The notes below the pieces were generated by a model. It was given only the letters and a program-made list of their open reading frames with translations. It ran no database searches and was not told the DNA's origin. Shown piece after piece: positions 19,359 to 27,485 of a DNA stretch of 37,104 nucleotides. Position numbers and translations under genes: made by a program. How positions within the stretch are numbered: the stretch's first letter is position 1; each line of letters begins with the position of its first letter. Source of the DNA: Candidatus Omnitrophota bacterium (GTDB lineage Bacteria; Omnitrophota; Gorgyraeia; Tantalellales; Tantalellaceae); contig JBDRBY010000030.1 of the NCBI GenBank assembly GCA_043822245.1, positions 1 to 37,104 on the forward strand. The letters run 5' to 3'.

Positions 19359-20330
19359 TTATACGAAAACTTCATCAACTTTTAGTGTCTCTTCCTCTGT
19401 AACCTCTCTGATAGCGCATACTTCGACCAACCCTTGAACTATATCTTTTACCTTGGATTGATTCGTCTTTGACCCGACCCTGCTTGTCTCAGACGCTAGT
19501 ATATCCTGGCATATTTGCGCGAAGGCCTTGTTCGATTTCCCCGGAGATATGTTCAGCACTTTAAGAGTTTTAGCGATCATAATACATCCGCGGACTGTCG
19601 GCGCGAATTCACATTTTCCGGATTCTCTCAATCCTCTCACAATATTCACTATCGTTTCCGCGTATCTTTTGGAAAGCTTAGATTTTGCCCGGGTTATAGC
19701 CACCTCCGTCTCATAATCAAAACAATCTAAATCCATTGTTATCATCCTGTCCCTCAAAGCGTCCTGGCTTCTGTGGACTCCGGCATATTCCTCCGGGTTA
19801 GAGGTAAAAATAGCGGTAAAATTAGGGTCAACCCTCAAATATGGTTCTTCACCGCCCCGCCCCACCGGCAAATCCATCATCTTTTCCTGTAAAATGGAAA
19901 GAAGGATATTGTTTGCCTCAGGCCGTGAACGGGTAAATTCGTCATAAATCAAAGTGAACCCGTATCTGCAAGCAACTGTTAAACGATTATCTACCCAGCG
20001 TTTTACCATATCTTCTTCTGTTTTTAACACCCTGGAGATAAACCTATCCACTACTTTTCTAACCCTGTAACCATATTCACCACCGACTAAATCCGATGTA
20101 GTAAATTCTTCATCTCCATGAATCATCACAACGGGCCTCGCTATTTTGCCGGCAATGTGCATAGCCATAGTAGTTTTGCCTGTACCGGAAACTCCCCGAA
20201 AATGAATGGGAAAACCCGCTTTAATGTAGGAAAGGGCTCTTCTGGTAACATCTTTGACGTATTTCGTCTCCACAAAGTCAGGTAAAGCGCTGGGTTCCAG
20301 CACTGTTGTCATTTCATCTATCATTTTCAC
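19359..20330 (-). CDS. gvpN: GvpN AAA+ ATPase (CbbQ/NirQ/GvpN family)
   Basis: 323 aa. It has the Walker A motif GVSGTGKTT, a Walker B motif LIYDEF and a MoxR/CbbQ-like arrangement. It follows the A-C-N gene order seen in other gvp clusters. It starts at GTG 20330, or at ATG 20324. Confidence 0.88.
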   Translation of the reverse strand: MKMIDEMTTVLEPSALPDFVETKYVKDVTRRALSYIKAGFPIHFRGVSGTGKTTMAMHIAGKIARPVVMIHGDEEFTTSDLVGGEYGYRVRKVVDRFISRVLKTEEDMVKRWVDNRLTVACRYGFTLIYDEFTRSRPEANNILLSILQEKMMDLPVGRGGEEPYLRVDPNFTAIFTSNPEEYAGVHRSQDALRDRMITMDLDCFDYETEVAITRAKSKLSKRYAETIVNIVRGLRESGKCEFAPTVRGCIMIAKTLKVLNISPGKSNKAFAQICQDILASETSRVGSKTNQSKVKDIVQGLVEVCAIREVTEEETLKVDEVFV

Positions 20331-20462
20331 TCACCTCCTATTTTTCCCCATCGAGGAAATAACCCCTTTGCCGCCGCAAACCTGGCAATTCGCGAGTTTA
20401 GAAAGAAAATCAAAAGGATCTTTGCCTTTACCATGGCAAAATGCGCGCCCTATCTTTTTCAT
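20331..20462 (-). CDS. Candidate 43-aa zinc-ribbon micro-protein (MKKIGRAFCHGKGKDPFDFLSKLANCQVCGGKGVISSMGKNRR)
   Basis: I translated it by hand. It has a CxH...CxxC motif. Its TGA stop directly abuts the gvpN GTG start. It starts 24 nt downstream of the GvpC-like gene. It is too short for the ORF track. Confidence 0.45.
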   Translation of the reverse strand: MKKIGRAFCHGKGKDPFDFLSKLANCQVCGGKGVISSMGKNRR

Positions 20463-20486
20463 CCCTACCTCCCTCGGCTCTTGATT

Positions 20487-21176
20487 TTATTTCTTCTTTT
20501 TTTTGTTTTTTTTCGCGCTTTTTCTGGATTTTGTGCTTTTCTCCGGCAAACCTTCTTCAAGAACATCTCTACTTTTTCTGGATTTTGACAAAAGGAAACT
20601 CACACTCTGCCATGCCTCTTTTGCTCCAGACACATCTCTCTTGTATTCACTCATAACCTTTCGCGTACTACTCACTATACTCTTTACTTCTTTCGCGAGC
20701 TTAGACCTTAATTGTTTTTCCATTTTATCCCGATCGTCACGAAATGTTTCTAAAAGCGTTTCTACTTTCTTTTTCAGTTCCCCAGCAAACGTTTTCAATT
20801 CTTTGGAAAACTTCGCGAAACTTTCCGCCTGTTCCTTGCTCATCTCTTTACGGTTTTTTCGAAACACCTTAAGCATCGCGGCCACGTCTTCAGACAAAGC
20901 CTGGAAAAAATCATCTAACACTTTCGCCTGTTCCTTCCCCATTTTTGTTCGATTCTTGCTGAACGTCCCAATCATATCTCCCACGCTCTCTGACAAATTT
21001 TTGGCAAAATTAGCCAAATTTCGAGCCTGCTCTGAACCCATTTTTTTCCTGTCCGAAGCAAATTCCTTTAAGGTGTCATGAGTATCTGACATTATCCCCC
21101 CCAGTTCTTTTACCCGTACGTCACGCGAAGCAATAACATTTTCCGCAATTTTTTTCATTTCATCCGCCATTCCCAT
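20487..21176 (-). CDS. GvpC-like repeat protein (about four ~33-aa amphipathic repeats and a poly-Lys tail)
   Basis: The repeats are DTLKEFASDRKKMGSEQARNLANFAKNLSESVGDMIG, TFSKNRTKMGKEQAKVLDDFFQALSEDVAAMLK, VFRKNRKEMSKEQAESFAKFSKELKTFAGELKK and KVETLLETFRDDRDKMEKQLRSKLAKEVKSIVSS. The start was reassigned to the ATG at 21176, which is preceded by AAAGGAGG (MGMADEM...). It sits between gvpA and gvpN, as gvpC does in cyanobacteria. Confidence 0.72.
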   Translation of the reverse strand: MGMADEMKKIAENVIASRDVRVKELGGIMSDTHDTLKEFASDRKKMGSEQARNLANFAKNLSESVGDMIGTFSKNRTKMGKEQAKVLDDFFQALSEDVAAMLKVFRKNRKEMSKEQAESFAKFSKELKTFAGELKKKVETLLETFRDDRDKMEKQLRSKLAKEVKSIVSSTRKVMSEYKRDVSGAKEAWQSVSFLLSKSRKSRDVLEEGLPEKSTKSRKSAKKNKKKKK

Positions 21177-21284
21177 TTTTCCTCCTTTTGTAAGTTTTGG
21201 TATTGTCAAAAGTTTATACCCAAATTTTTCTTAATCCTTCGCATTTAAAACAGTTATCTAAGATTAACTTCTCTCCCCCCTTAA

Positions 21285-21440
21285 AATTCCCCCTTTGGAA
21301 AAGGGGGTTAGGGGGATTTTGTCATTTCTCTCCACAATTGACACGCATTTGATCTCAGATTCATTTCGCGGTTCAACATCTTGTATCAAATCCCCCTGGC
21401 CCCCTTTTTCAAAGGGGGGAAAGATCTGCCCTTTTTCAAA
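21285..21440. mobile_element. MITE-like element: ~35-bp terminal inverted repeats (CCCCCTTTGRAAAAGGGGGYYAGGGGGATTT) flanking a ~70-bp core
   Basis: Left arm 21290-21325, right arm 21395-21430 (reverse complement). Each arm itself contains an 8-bp-stem hairpin CCCCCTTT-NNN-AAAGGGGG. A solo arm recurs at 26445-26480. Confidence 0.5.
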
Positions 21441-21532
21441 AAATAGAAGGGAAACTACTTCATTATTTCTTTCATAATTCTTTCATTTTAATTTTGACAT
21501 TATCTAAGTTTTTACTTTTCCCATATCCAAAG

Positions 21533-22141
21533 TTACAAAGTATTTCTACTAAACTTCCTCCACTCTTTTTTTATTTTAAACTCTTCCAGCATGGATTTGA
21601 GGTCTTTTACTCTGAGCTCTCTTCCTTTGGCTAAAAGATTCTTAAGCCTCTTCGACATTACCTGCTGTTCTTCTCTAAATTGCTTTAGTTTAACGGTAAC
21701 TTCTTCTTTCCGCACGTCTTGCTGAGAAAGAATCCGTTCAATTAAAACCTGAAAGTCTTTAATTCTTTTAGTTTCTCCCTTACTAAGGTCATCTTTTACT
21801 GAAGTCAAATTACGAGCTAACATATGCGCCATTTCTTTTTGTTCCGTTATGTACCCATTCAACAAACTTTTTGCTTCTTTTTCTTTTTCCTTTTGAGCCC
21901 AAACAATCTCTTTCATCATATTGTCAAAATCTTTTTTCCGAAGAGAACTGATCTTCGCAAGGCTTTCTCTCAATTCCATAGTAACTATTTCTCTTTCTTG
22001 TCTCGCATCGAGAAAGGAATCCTGAAAACTCCAGAGAAACTGCTCTCCTGTATCAGCGGCCGCCTCTATTCTGTCCATCTTAGCGACATAAGAACTAACA
22101 ACGTTCTCAACAATACCATGTATACCCTCTCTTGAAAGCAT
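21533..22141 (-). CDS. Coiled-coil protein, a paralog of the GvpC-like repeat protein
   Basis: Its C-terminal segments KDFQVLIERIL...KQFREEQQVMSKRLKNLLAKGRELRVKDLKSMLEEFK share the F-R-x-x-R/Q-x-x-M-S-K motif and periodicity of the 20487-21176 protein. Confidence 0.6.
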   Translation of the reverse strand: MLSREGIHGIVENVVSSYVAKMDRIEAAADTGEQFLWSFQDSFLDARQEREIVTMELRESLAKISSLRKKDFDNMMKEIVWAQKEKEKEAKSLLNGYITEQKEMAHMLARNLTSVKDDLSKGETKRIKDFQVLIERILSQQDVRKEEVTVKLKQFREEQQVMSKRLKNLLAKGRELRVKDLKSMLEEFKIKKEWRKFSRNTL

Positions 22142-22271
22142 TAGCCTCTCTCTGCCTCTTCTTTAGAAAAGAATCCTTTGGCGGATTATGCTTTTTTAAG
22201 CACAAATTGCTTTACTCGTTATCATGCGCTTACAAGGATAATCCGGCAAGAATCCTCTATCGCTCCTATCC

Positions 22272-22478
22272 TTACGCGGCTGACGCTGTTAACCCAATAG
22301 CTTCCGCATACTTCAGATAAGTCTCAACTGATGCCACCACAACTCTAGCTTCGATAGCGAGTATTTCAATACCCACCAAAGAAACTCTTACCCAAGCATC
22401 AACCACAACACCCTTATCCAGGATACGGTCGACAACTTCAACCAGACTCGACGAACCGATTGCCTTTTCTACAGCCAT
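22272..22478 (-). CDS. gvpA: Major gas vesicle structural protein GvpA
   Basis: [63 protein letters not shown] is near-identical to the canonical GvpA core. The ATG at 22478 is preceded by GGGAGGAGGTGAGAAAA. The track's extra MRK comes from an upstream GTG. Confidence 0.95.
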   Translation of the reverse strand: MAVEKAIGSSSLVEVVDRILDKGVVVDAWVRVSLVGIEILAIEARVVVASVETYLKYAEAIGLTASAA

Positions 22479-22518
22479 TTTTCTCACCTCCTCCCATTTT
22501 AGAAATTAAAGGTCAAAA

Positions 22519-22560
22519 AGCAGAAGCCTGAACTCTATCCTCTAACTTCTAACCTCTAAC
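22519..22560. promoter_or_regulatory. Exact 11-bp direct repeat GAAGTTAGAGG x2 (14-bp spacing; minus-strand reading) plus a third partial repeat, 45-80 bp upstream of the gvpA start
   Basis: Seen as the plus-strand CCTCTAACTTCTAACCTCTAACTTCC. It sits in the gvpA leader/promoter region. A regulatory function is inferred. Confidence 0.35.
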
Positions 22561-22627
22561 TTCCATTTACTTCCATTTTTTGAACACATCACCCAAAAAC
22601 TTACCTGTTTTTTCTTTCTCGCCAATA

Positions 22628-22682
22628 ACAAAAAAAACCGTTTTCTAACTTTCTTATGTAGTTAGAAGACGGTTTTAAAAAT
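22628..22682 (-). terminator. Strong hairpin (15-bp stem AACCGTYTTCTAACT, 9-nt loop) followed by a T-run on the minus strand
   Basis: AAAAAAAACCGTTTTCTAACTTTCTTATGTAGTTAGAAGACGGTTTTAAAAA. 14 of 15 stem positions pair, and the minus strand has a run of eight T after the stem. It lies ~150 bp upstream of gvpA. Confidence 0.55.
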
Positions 22683-22720
22683 CACACCAATTTTGTAAAA
22701 ATTTTTTTTTAAAAAGTTAA

Positions 22721-22752
22721 CTGCTTGCTTGCTTGATTGCTTGCTTGCTTAT
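22721..22752. repeat. Second (TTGC)n microsatellite (3+3 units with one TTGA interruption)
   Basis: CTGCTTGCTTGCTTGATTGCTTGCTTGCTT, ~240 bp upstream of gvpA. Confidence 0.9.
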
Positions 22753-23090
22753 TACCATCTTGAGCCCTTCCGCTTTATCTTTTTACCTTTGCTGTCACAC
22801 CAAGATGTTACTTCGTAATGTACCCCATTAAGTTTTTGTTGTCAAGTTTTGTTTGTTTGAAAACTGTAATGCTTATTAAATCTTAACTTTGAAAAGTTTT
22901 TTATTTTTTAAAAAGGCTTACTTGCGGTAATTGTATCAATTTAAAAAAATAAATGTGCACATTTTTCAAGGTGGTGGGAAATTGTGGGCATTTAATTTTT
23001 AGATTTGGTATAAATAGCCATAAGGGGATCCTCTGACAGCATTGATTCTTGGTAATAAAAAGAGGAACTATTTCCGCGGGTTTATGTTTA

Positions 23091-23213
23091 TTGAGACGCG
23101 ATAAATCGCGTCTCTACATTTCAGAATCATATCCGGTGTAGAGACGCGATTTATCGCGTCTTTACATCTCAGAATCATATCCGGTGTAGAGACGCGATAA
23201 ATCGCGTCTTTAC
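23091..23213. repeat. REP-like triplet in alternating orientation with a 47-bp period (23091-23117, 23138-23165, 23185-23213)
   Basis: Each copy is followed by the conserved ATTTCAGAATCATATCCGGT spacer. The last copy overlaps the stop of the 23210-23854 CDS. Confidence 0.9.
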
Positions 23214-23854
23214 ATTTCAGCTCCGTCTACCGTTTTCATGTTTTCCGGTGTAGAGGAGGGTTCGCTGGGGTTTTCTTCCGGGAGAGGTTTGTCTGAGATT
23301 AGGTTGCTATTTACGAGATCGGATTCTTTGGGGTCTCCGTAGAGGCCTAACAATTGGAAGATATTTTTGTTAACAATGTAAACTTCTTTTGAGCCGGGTT
23401 TTCTTAAGAATGAACTTCCATATCCAGGGGTTTTCGTGCCCGCCAGAAATGTTTCTTTGACATTACCGTCTTTGTCTAACGCTTCTATGATAACCGCTTC
23501 TTCGTCAGAAATGCCGTAATCCGCTAGGAGTTCCGCATCACTTGAGCGCAGTTCCCCTTTCAAGCCGGCTATTTCTTTTATAAAGTTTTCTATTTTTTCC
23601 GCGTCAGCCTGTTTGTTTTCGTGAGAAGAAACTTGCCACTGGCCTTGCTCGTCTTTTTTTAATTCCAAAGAATCCTCTTTTTCTCCTGTCTTACGTACCT
23701 CTATGATGTGAACATCCGAGGGGTTAATTTGAATTTGAAGGCTTTTGTATTCCGTTTCAAAAATCTCCGGTTTAAAAAATGTTTTCTTCGCGATTGTTAC
23801 GGCCAAAAGAACGGCGAATATGATTCCTAAAATTAAGATATGTTTAAACTTCAT
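23210..23854 (-). CDS. Membrane-anchored protein with an N-terminal TM helix, possibly DUF4340-like and GldG-associated
   Basis: MKFKHILILGIIFAVLLAVTIA is a signal anchor. The gene lies downstream of the GldG-like gene in the same orientation. The start was moved to the internal Met because the upstream residues are REP-derived. The family call is weak. Confidence 0.5.
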   Translation of the reverse strand: MKFKHILILGIIFAVLLAVTIAKKTFFKPEIFETEYKSLQIQINPSDVHIIEVRKTGEKEDSLELKKDEQGQWQVSSHENKQADAEKIENFIKEIAGLKGELRSSDAELLADYGISDEEAVIIEALDKDGNVKETFLAGTKTPGYGSSFLRKPGSKEVYIVNKNIFQLLGLYGDPKESDLVNSNLISDKPLPEENPSEPSSTPENMKTVDGAEM

Positions 23855-23889
23855 GTTGCTCCTCCTGCACATGGAGACATTTCATCCGT

Positions 23890-23967
23890 GTGGAGACGCG
23901 ATAAATCGCGTCTCTACATTTTTCGCGGGTCATTTCTTCATAGAGACGCGATAAATCGCGTCTCTAC
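23890..23967. repeat. REP-like pair at 23890-23917 and 23941-23967
   Basis: TGGAGACGCGATAAATCGCGTCTCTAC and TAGAGACGCGATAAATCGCGTCTCTAC. Confidence 0.9.
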
Positions 23968-26429
23968 TGGACTTTCCATTTCGCGCGGCGGCGCATGAAG
24001 ATTCTTATTCCGCCGATAATACACAAGATTATTGGCACGAAGAAAGTTGTGAACATCCGCCATCCGGCTCTAACCGCCGAAGAAAACTTCCTTAAAGACC
24101 GGTCTACGGGCTGTTTGCTTCTTACCTCGATAAGCTTTTCACCAAGAGTAAGAGCGTCAATGGAATTTAGGAAAAAAGCCGCGTGCCCTCCATTGCCTAT
24201 AAGTTCTTTTGTAAACATTCTTGAACACCCTATGAGTATGAGTTTGCCCGGGTTGGGAGTGGTTTCGGACAAGGCATGCCTTGTCCCTACGAGTTGGTCC
24301 TCTTTTTTCGGCCAGTCAGGTATTTCTTTGTCTTTAAAGGCGTCAGGAAACTGGCCTTTAACCAATACGGCTAGAGGATACTCTTTGAGCACCGAAGATG
24401 CCGGGCTGGTTATATCTTCCCGCGTAAGCGCGCCCCCGTGATATGGGATTTCCCACGCGTACCGGCTGGAAGTAAAAAGAAGTTTTTTCTCTAAATCCAG
24501 TTTATTAAGCCTTTCAGAATCTATCGTAAGCGCGCTACCCCACAGGTATAATAAACTCGAAAGCCGGGATGTTATGGAAATGTTTTTGTTCATTTGCTCT
24601 TCAATAATTTTTAACTGCATAGGAAATTTCACGGGAGAAGAAACCGGCATAACACCGGGAAACGCTCCGCCCGTTATTGATATCATATCGCTTTGCCTAT
24701 CCATCAAAAGATCATCGCTGATGCCAAGAGCCCATTCGTTAATAAGGCTGTTTATTTGCGGCCCTTTATCTCTTGCCTTAACACTCATCCCTCTTGTTGA
24801 GGCCTCGTAGCCATATTCGTATTTCTGAACAGCCAGGAACACAGAACCGCCGTTTACTAAAAATTTGTTTATTTCAAACCTTTGGCGCTCATTGAGATTT
24901 TCGGGTTCCAGGACGATAAGAGTGGACACCAGGTATTGCCCCGTTTCCGCGTCTTTCGGAATAGGTTCTTCTTCCGTAAGCCTTACGCGAAAAGTTTTAT
25001 ACCCCTCGTATTCAAGAAGTTTCTCAACAAAGTCATACGCGTCTTCTCTGTACTGTTCCGCGGCGTTCTGGCCGAACATAGCCAAAACCTGCCGCATTTT
25101 TGGATCGATTTGGCGTTCAAAATAAGGAGCAACCACGGCCACGGACGGGCTTTTATCGAGAGAAAGCCGGTATATCTTCGCGAGAAGGCTGTATTCTAGC
25201 CCCGGTAAATCCTGTAGCGTAATAGCGGGAATAACTTCTTCCGGCTTTTCTTTGTAGGCTACGGATATTGCCGCGTAAATCAACTTTACTCCAACCTCAT
25301 CAGCTTCTATGCTCCTTACCTGAAAAGGCCTGATACCCTTTTTTTTGATAGATTCTTCCAAATCTTTTTGGTTTTCCTCAGCCACGTTAGCGGCTTCCAT
25401 ATGAAACACCTTATACCCAAATTTACCGTTTGACGCTACTTTAAATTCATCGAGCTTATCCCTTACTTCGCGCTCAAGAGTTTTCATCTCTGTGGGCATC
25501 TTATCCTGCGGAGAAATGAACAGTTTTACCGTTACGGGCGACTTAAGTTCACCCAGGATCTCGTGTGTCGCTTTGGAAATCGTGTAAATCTTGCCGCTAG
25601 TCCAGTCAAACCGGCCCACGGGCATATCGGAAAAAATAAAATTGGTAAGGCTAAAAATTCCCACGCTTATGAGGCAAGCTGTAATAAACGTGGTTTTTGA
25701 TTTTGGCCGCATTCGGCCGTCAAGCCAGAACCTGTTAAGTCCCAGAAAAATCACCGTGCCCATTACAAAATAAAGCGCGTCGCGAGTATCAATAATTCCT
25801 TTTTGAAAGGTGTCAAAGTGCTGAATCATGCCGACGGAACTTCTAAAAAAAGAACCCGCCCCGGGTATCCATCCATCTATAGACCCGGCGGTAAAATCCA
25901 TCCCTAAAAGAAAAACCGCGAAACATGCTACCATTGCCAAAATAAACGACACTATCTGATCTTTACAAAATCCTGAAATAAGGATTCCAAGCGCGAGAAA
26001 AAAACTTCCCATAAGGATACTTCCGATATACTGGCAGATAATGGAACCTATGTCAGGATTCCCCAAAACGGCAATCATTATAGGAATAGTCAGCGTGGAA
26101 AAAAGAGCGATTATGTAAAATGCCAGGCTGGCGAAAAATTTCCCAAGGACAAGCTCATGTGTTTTCACCGGGAATGTAAGCAAAAGTTCCAGCGTATTGC
26201 CTTTCCTGTCTTCTGACCACAGGCGCATTGTGACTGCCGGAAGAAAAATACACAGGATAATCGGAAGCATGTAAAAGAACCCTCTCATATCCGCTGATGA
26301 CATGAGAAAAAACTGTGTCATAAAAAGCCCTGCTGACATCAAGAGAAAGACAACGATGAAGATATACGCTATGGCTGAATTAAAATACGCCTTTATTTCT
26401 CTATTAAGTATGGTGGTAGTGTTGTTCAT
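23964..26429 (-). CDS. ABC-2 type permease fused to a GldG-like auxiliary domain (ABC_transp_aux) with a C-terminal TM anchor
   Basis: 821 aa. The first ~260 aa form 6 TM helices typical of ABC-2 permeases. The central part (KIYTISKATHEILGELKSPVTVKLFISPQD...) resembles GldG-family components. There is a hydrophobic helix near the C-terminus. Confidence 0.78.
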   Translation of the reverse strand: MNNTTTILNREIKAYFNSAIAYIFIVVFLLMSAGLFMTQFFLMSSADMRGFFYMLPIILCIFLPAVTMRLWSEDRKGNTLELLLTFPVKTHELVLGKFFASLAFYIIALFSTLTIPIMIAVLGNPDIGSIICQYIGSILMGSFFLALGILISGFCKDQIVSFILAMVACFAVFLLGMDFTAGSIDGWIPGAGSFFRSSVGMIQHFDTFQKGIIDTRDALYFVMGTVIFLGLNRFWLDGRMRPKSKTTFITACLISVGIFSLTNFIFSDMPVGRFDWTSGKIYTISKATHEILGELKSPVTVKLFISPQDKMPTEMKTLEREVRDKLDEFKVASNGKFGYKVFHMEAANVAEENQKDLEESIKKKGIRPFQVRSIEADEVGVKLIYAAISVAYKEKPEEVIPAITLQDLPGLEYSLLAKIYRLSLDKSPSVAVVAPYFERQIDPKMRQVLAMFGQNAAEQYREDAYDFVEKLLEYEGYKTFRVRLTEEEPIPKDAETGQYLVSTLIVLEPENLNERQRFEINKFLVNGGSVFLAVQKYEYGYEASTRGMSVKARDKGPQINSLINEWALGISDDLLMDRQSDMISITGGAFPGVMPVSSPVKFPMQLKIIEEQMNKNISITSRLSSLLYLWGSALTIDSERLNKLDLEKKLLFTSSRYAWEIPYHGGALTREDITSPASSVLKEYPLAVLVKGQFPDAFKDKEIPDWPKKEDQLVGTRHALSETTPNPGKLILIGCSRMFTKELIGNGGHAAFFLNSIDALTLGEKLIEVRSKQPVDRSLRKFSSAVRAGWRMFTTFFVPIILCIIGGIRIFMRRRAKWKVQ

Positions 26430-26536
26430 TTTTTTGGGTTTTTAAATCCCCCTAGCCCCCTTTTTCAAAGGGGGGAAAGACATTGAGGCCATTTTTCAAA
26501 TATGGATTTCGTATCTATTCCAAATTCGCTAGACGA

Positions 26537-27247
26537 TTACCTCTCGCTTAAAAGACTGATGAAGGCTTCTTCTAAATTAGCCGAGCCTCCTACTATTTCC
26601 TTAAGAGTGCCGTCAGCGATGAGCTGTCCGTTGTTTAATATTGCAATCCTCTCAGCTAAAACTTCTGCTTCTTGGAGAATATGAGTTGAAAATATTATAG
26701 TTTTTTCTTTGGACAAACCCTTAACAAGCTCTCTTATGGTAATAATTTGGAGAGGGTCCAGCCCCGTCATCGGCTCGTCGAGAATAAGCACTTTCGGATC
26801 ATGAATAAGCGCCTGGGCAAGCCCTACTCTCTGGCGGAACCCTTTAGAAATTTCAGAAATTCCATGCCGCCACACGGGCCCTACGGCACAATTTTCTTTT
26901 ACCCACTTTAAGCGCCTTGTCAAATCAACTCCGGAAAGTCCCCTGGCTTTTCCGATGAATGTAAGGTATTCGTCAACAAGCATATCATCATACAACGGAA
27001 CATTCTCCGGCATATAGCCGATAATCCGGCGCACTGGAAGAGAATCCCCTGTAATATCGAAACCGTCAATAACAGCTGTTCCCTTTGACGGATACAGGTA
27101 ACTCGTCAATATGCGCATAAGCGTTGTCTTACCCGCTCCGTTCGGCCCAAGAAGTCCCAGAATCTTGCCTTTTTCCGTCGTGAACGAAACTCCGTCCAGC
27201 GCCAATGTCCGGCCGTAATTCATACTCACAGATTTAACTTCTATCAT
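26537..27247 (-). CDS. ABC transporter ATP-binding protein
   Basis: It has a Walker A motif GPNGAGKTT, a signature sequence FSKGFRQRVGLA, a Walker B motif LILDEP and an H-loop STH. The start was reassigned to MIEVKSV (~27247) because the upstream 25 codons of track ORF 26537-27322 cover promoter-like sequence, including TTGACA-17-TATGAT. Confidence 0.85.
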   Translation of the reverse strand: MIEVKSVSMNYGRTLALDGVSFTTEKGKILGLLGPNGAGKTTLMRILTSYLYPSKGTAVIDGFDITGDSLPVRRIIGYMPENVPLYDDMLVDEYLTFIGKARGLSGVDLTRRLKWVKENCAVGPVWRHGISEISKGFRQRVGLAQALIHDPKVLILDEPMTGLDPLQIITIRELVKGLSKEKTIIFSTHILQEAEVLAERIAILNNGQLIADGTLKEIVGGSANLEEAFISLLSER

Positions 27248-27307
27248 ACCGCCCTCGCTTTTTTTGATATCATAATAAACCTGTTTTTTTGTGTCAAGAA
27301 AAAAAAT

Positions 27308-27350
27308 TACACATAGTGTCAAGAATTATGGACACTTTAACCTGGTGTCA
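27308..27350. promoter_or_regulatory. Conserved 40-bp element containing the inverted repeat GTGTC-N10-GACAC, copy 1
   Basis: ACATAGTGTCAAGAATTATGGACACTTTAACCTGGTGTCAT. It matches 33806-33846 at ~33 of 40 positions and sits just upstream of the predicted -35 of the ABC operon. Confidence 0.45.
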
Positions 27351-27407
27351 TCACTGCGCGAAGTCCCCGAAGTGGGAAAACGGGGACCTGTAATATCCAC
27401 AATCTCA

Positions 27408-27434
27408 TAGAGACGCGATAAATCGCGTCTCTAC
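27408..27434. repeat. REP-like palindrome
   Basis: TAGAGACGCGATAAATCGCGTCTCTAC. It is preceded by a small hairpin TCCCCG-N11-CGGGGA at 27364-27387. Confidence 0.9.
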
Positions 27435-27485
27435 ATTTGCGGAGTAAAAAAAGCGAAGGGGCGGGAGAAATCGGCGGATGTATTG

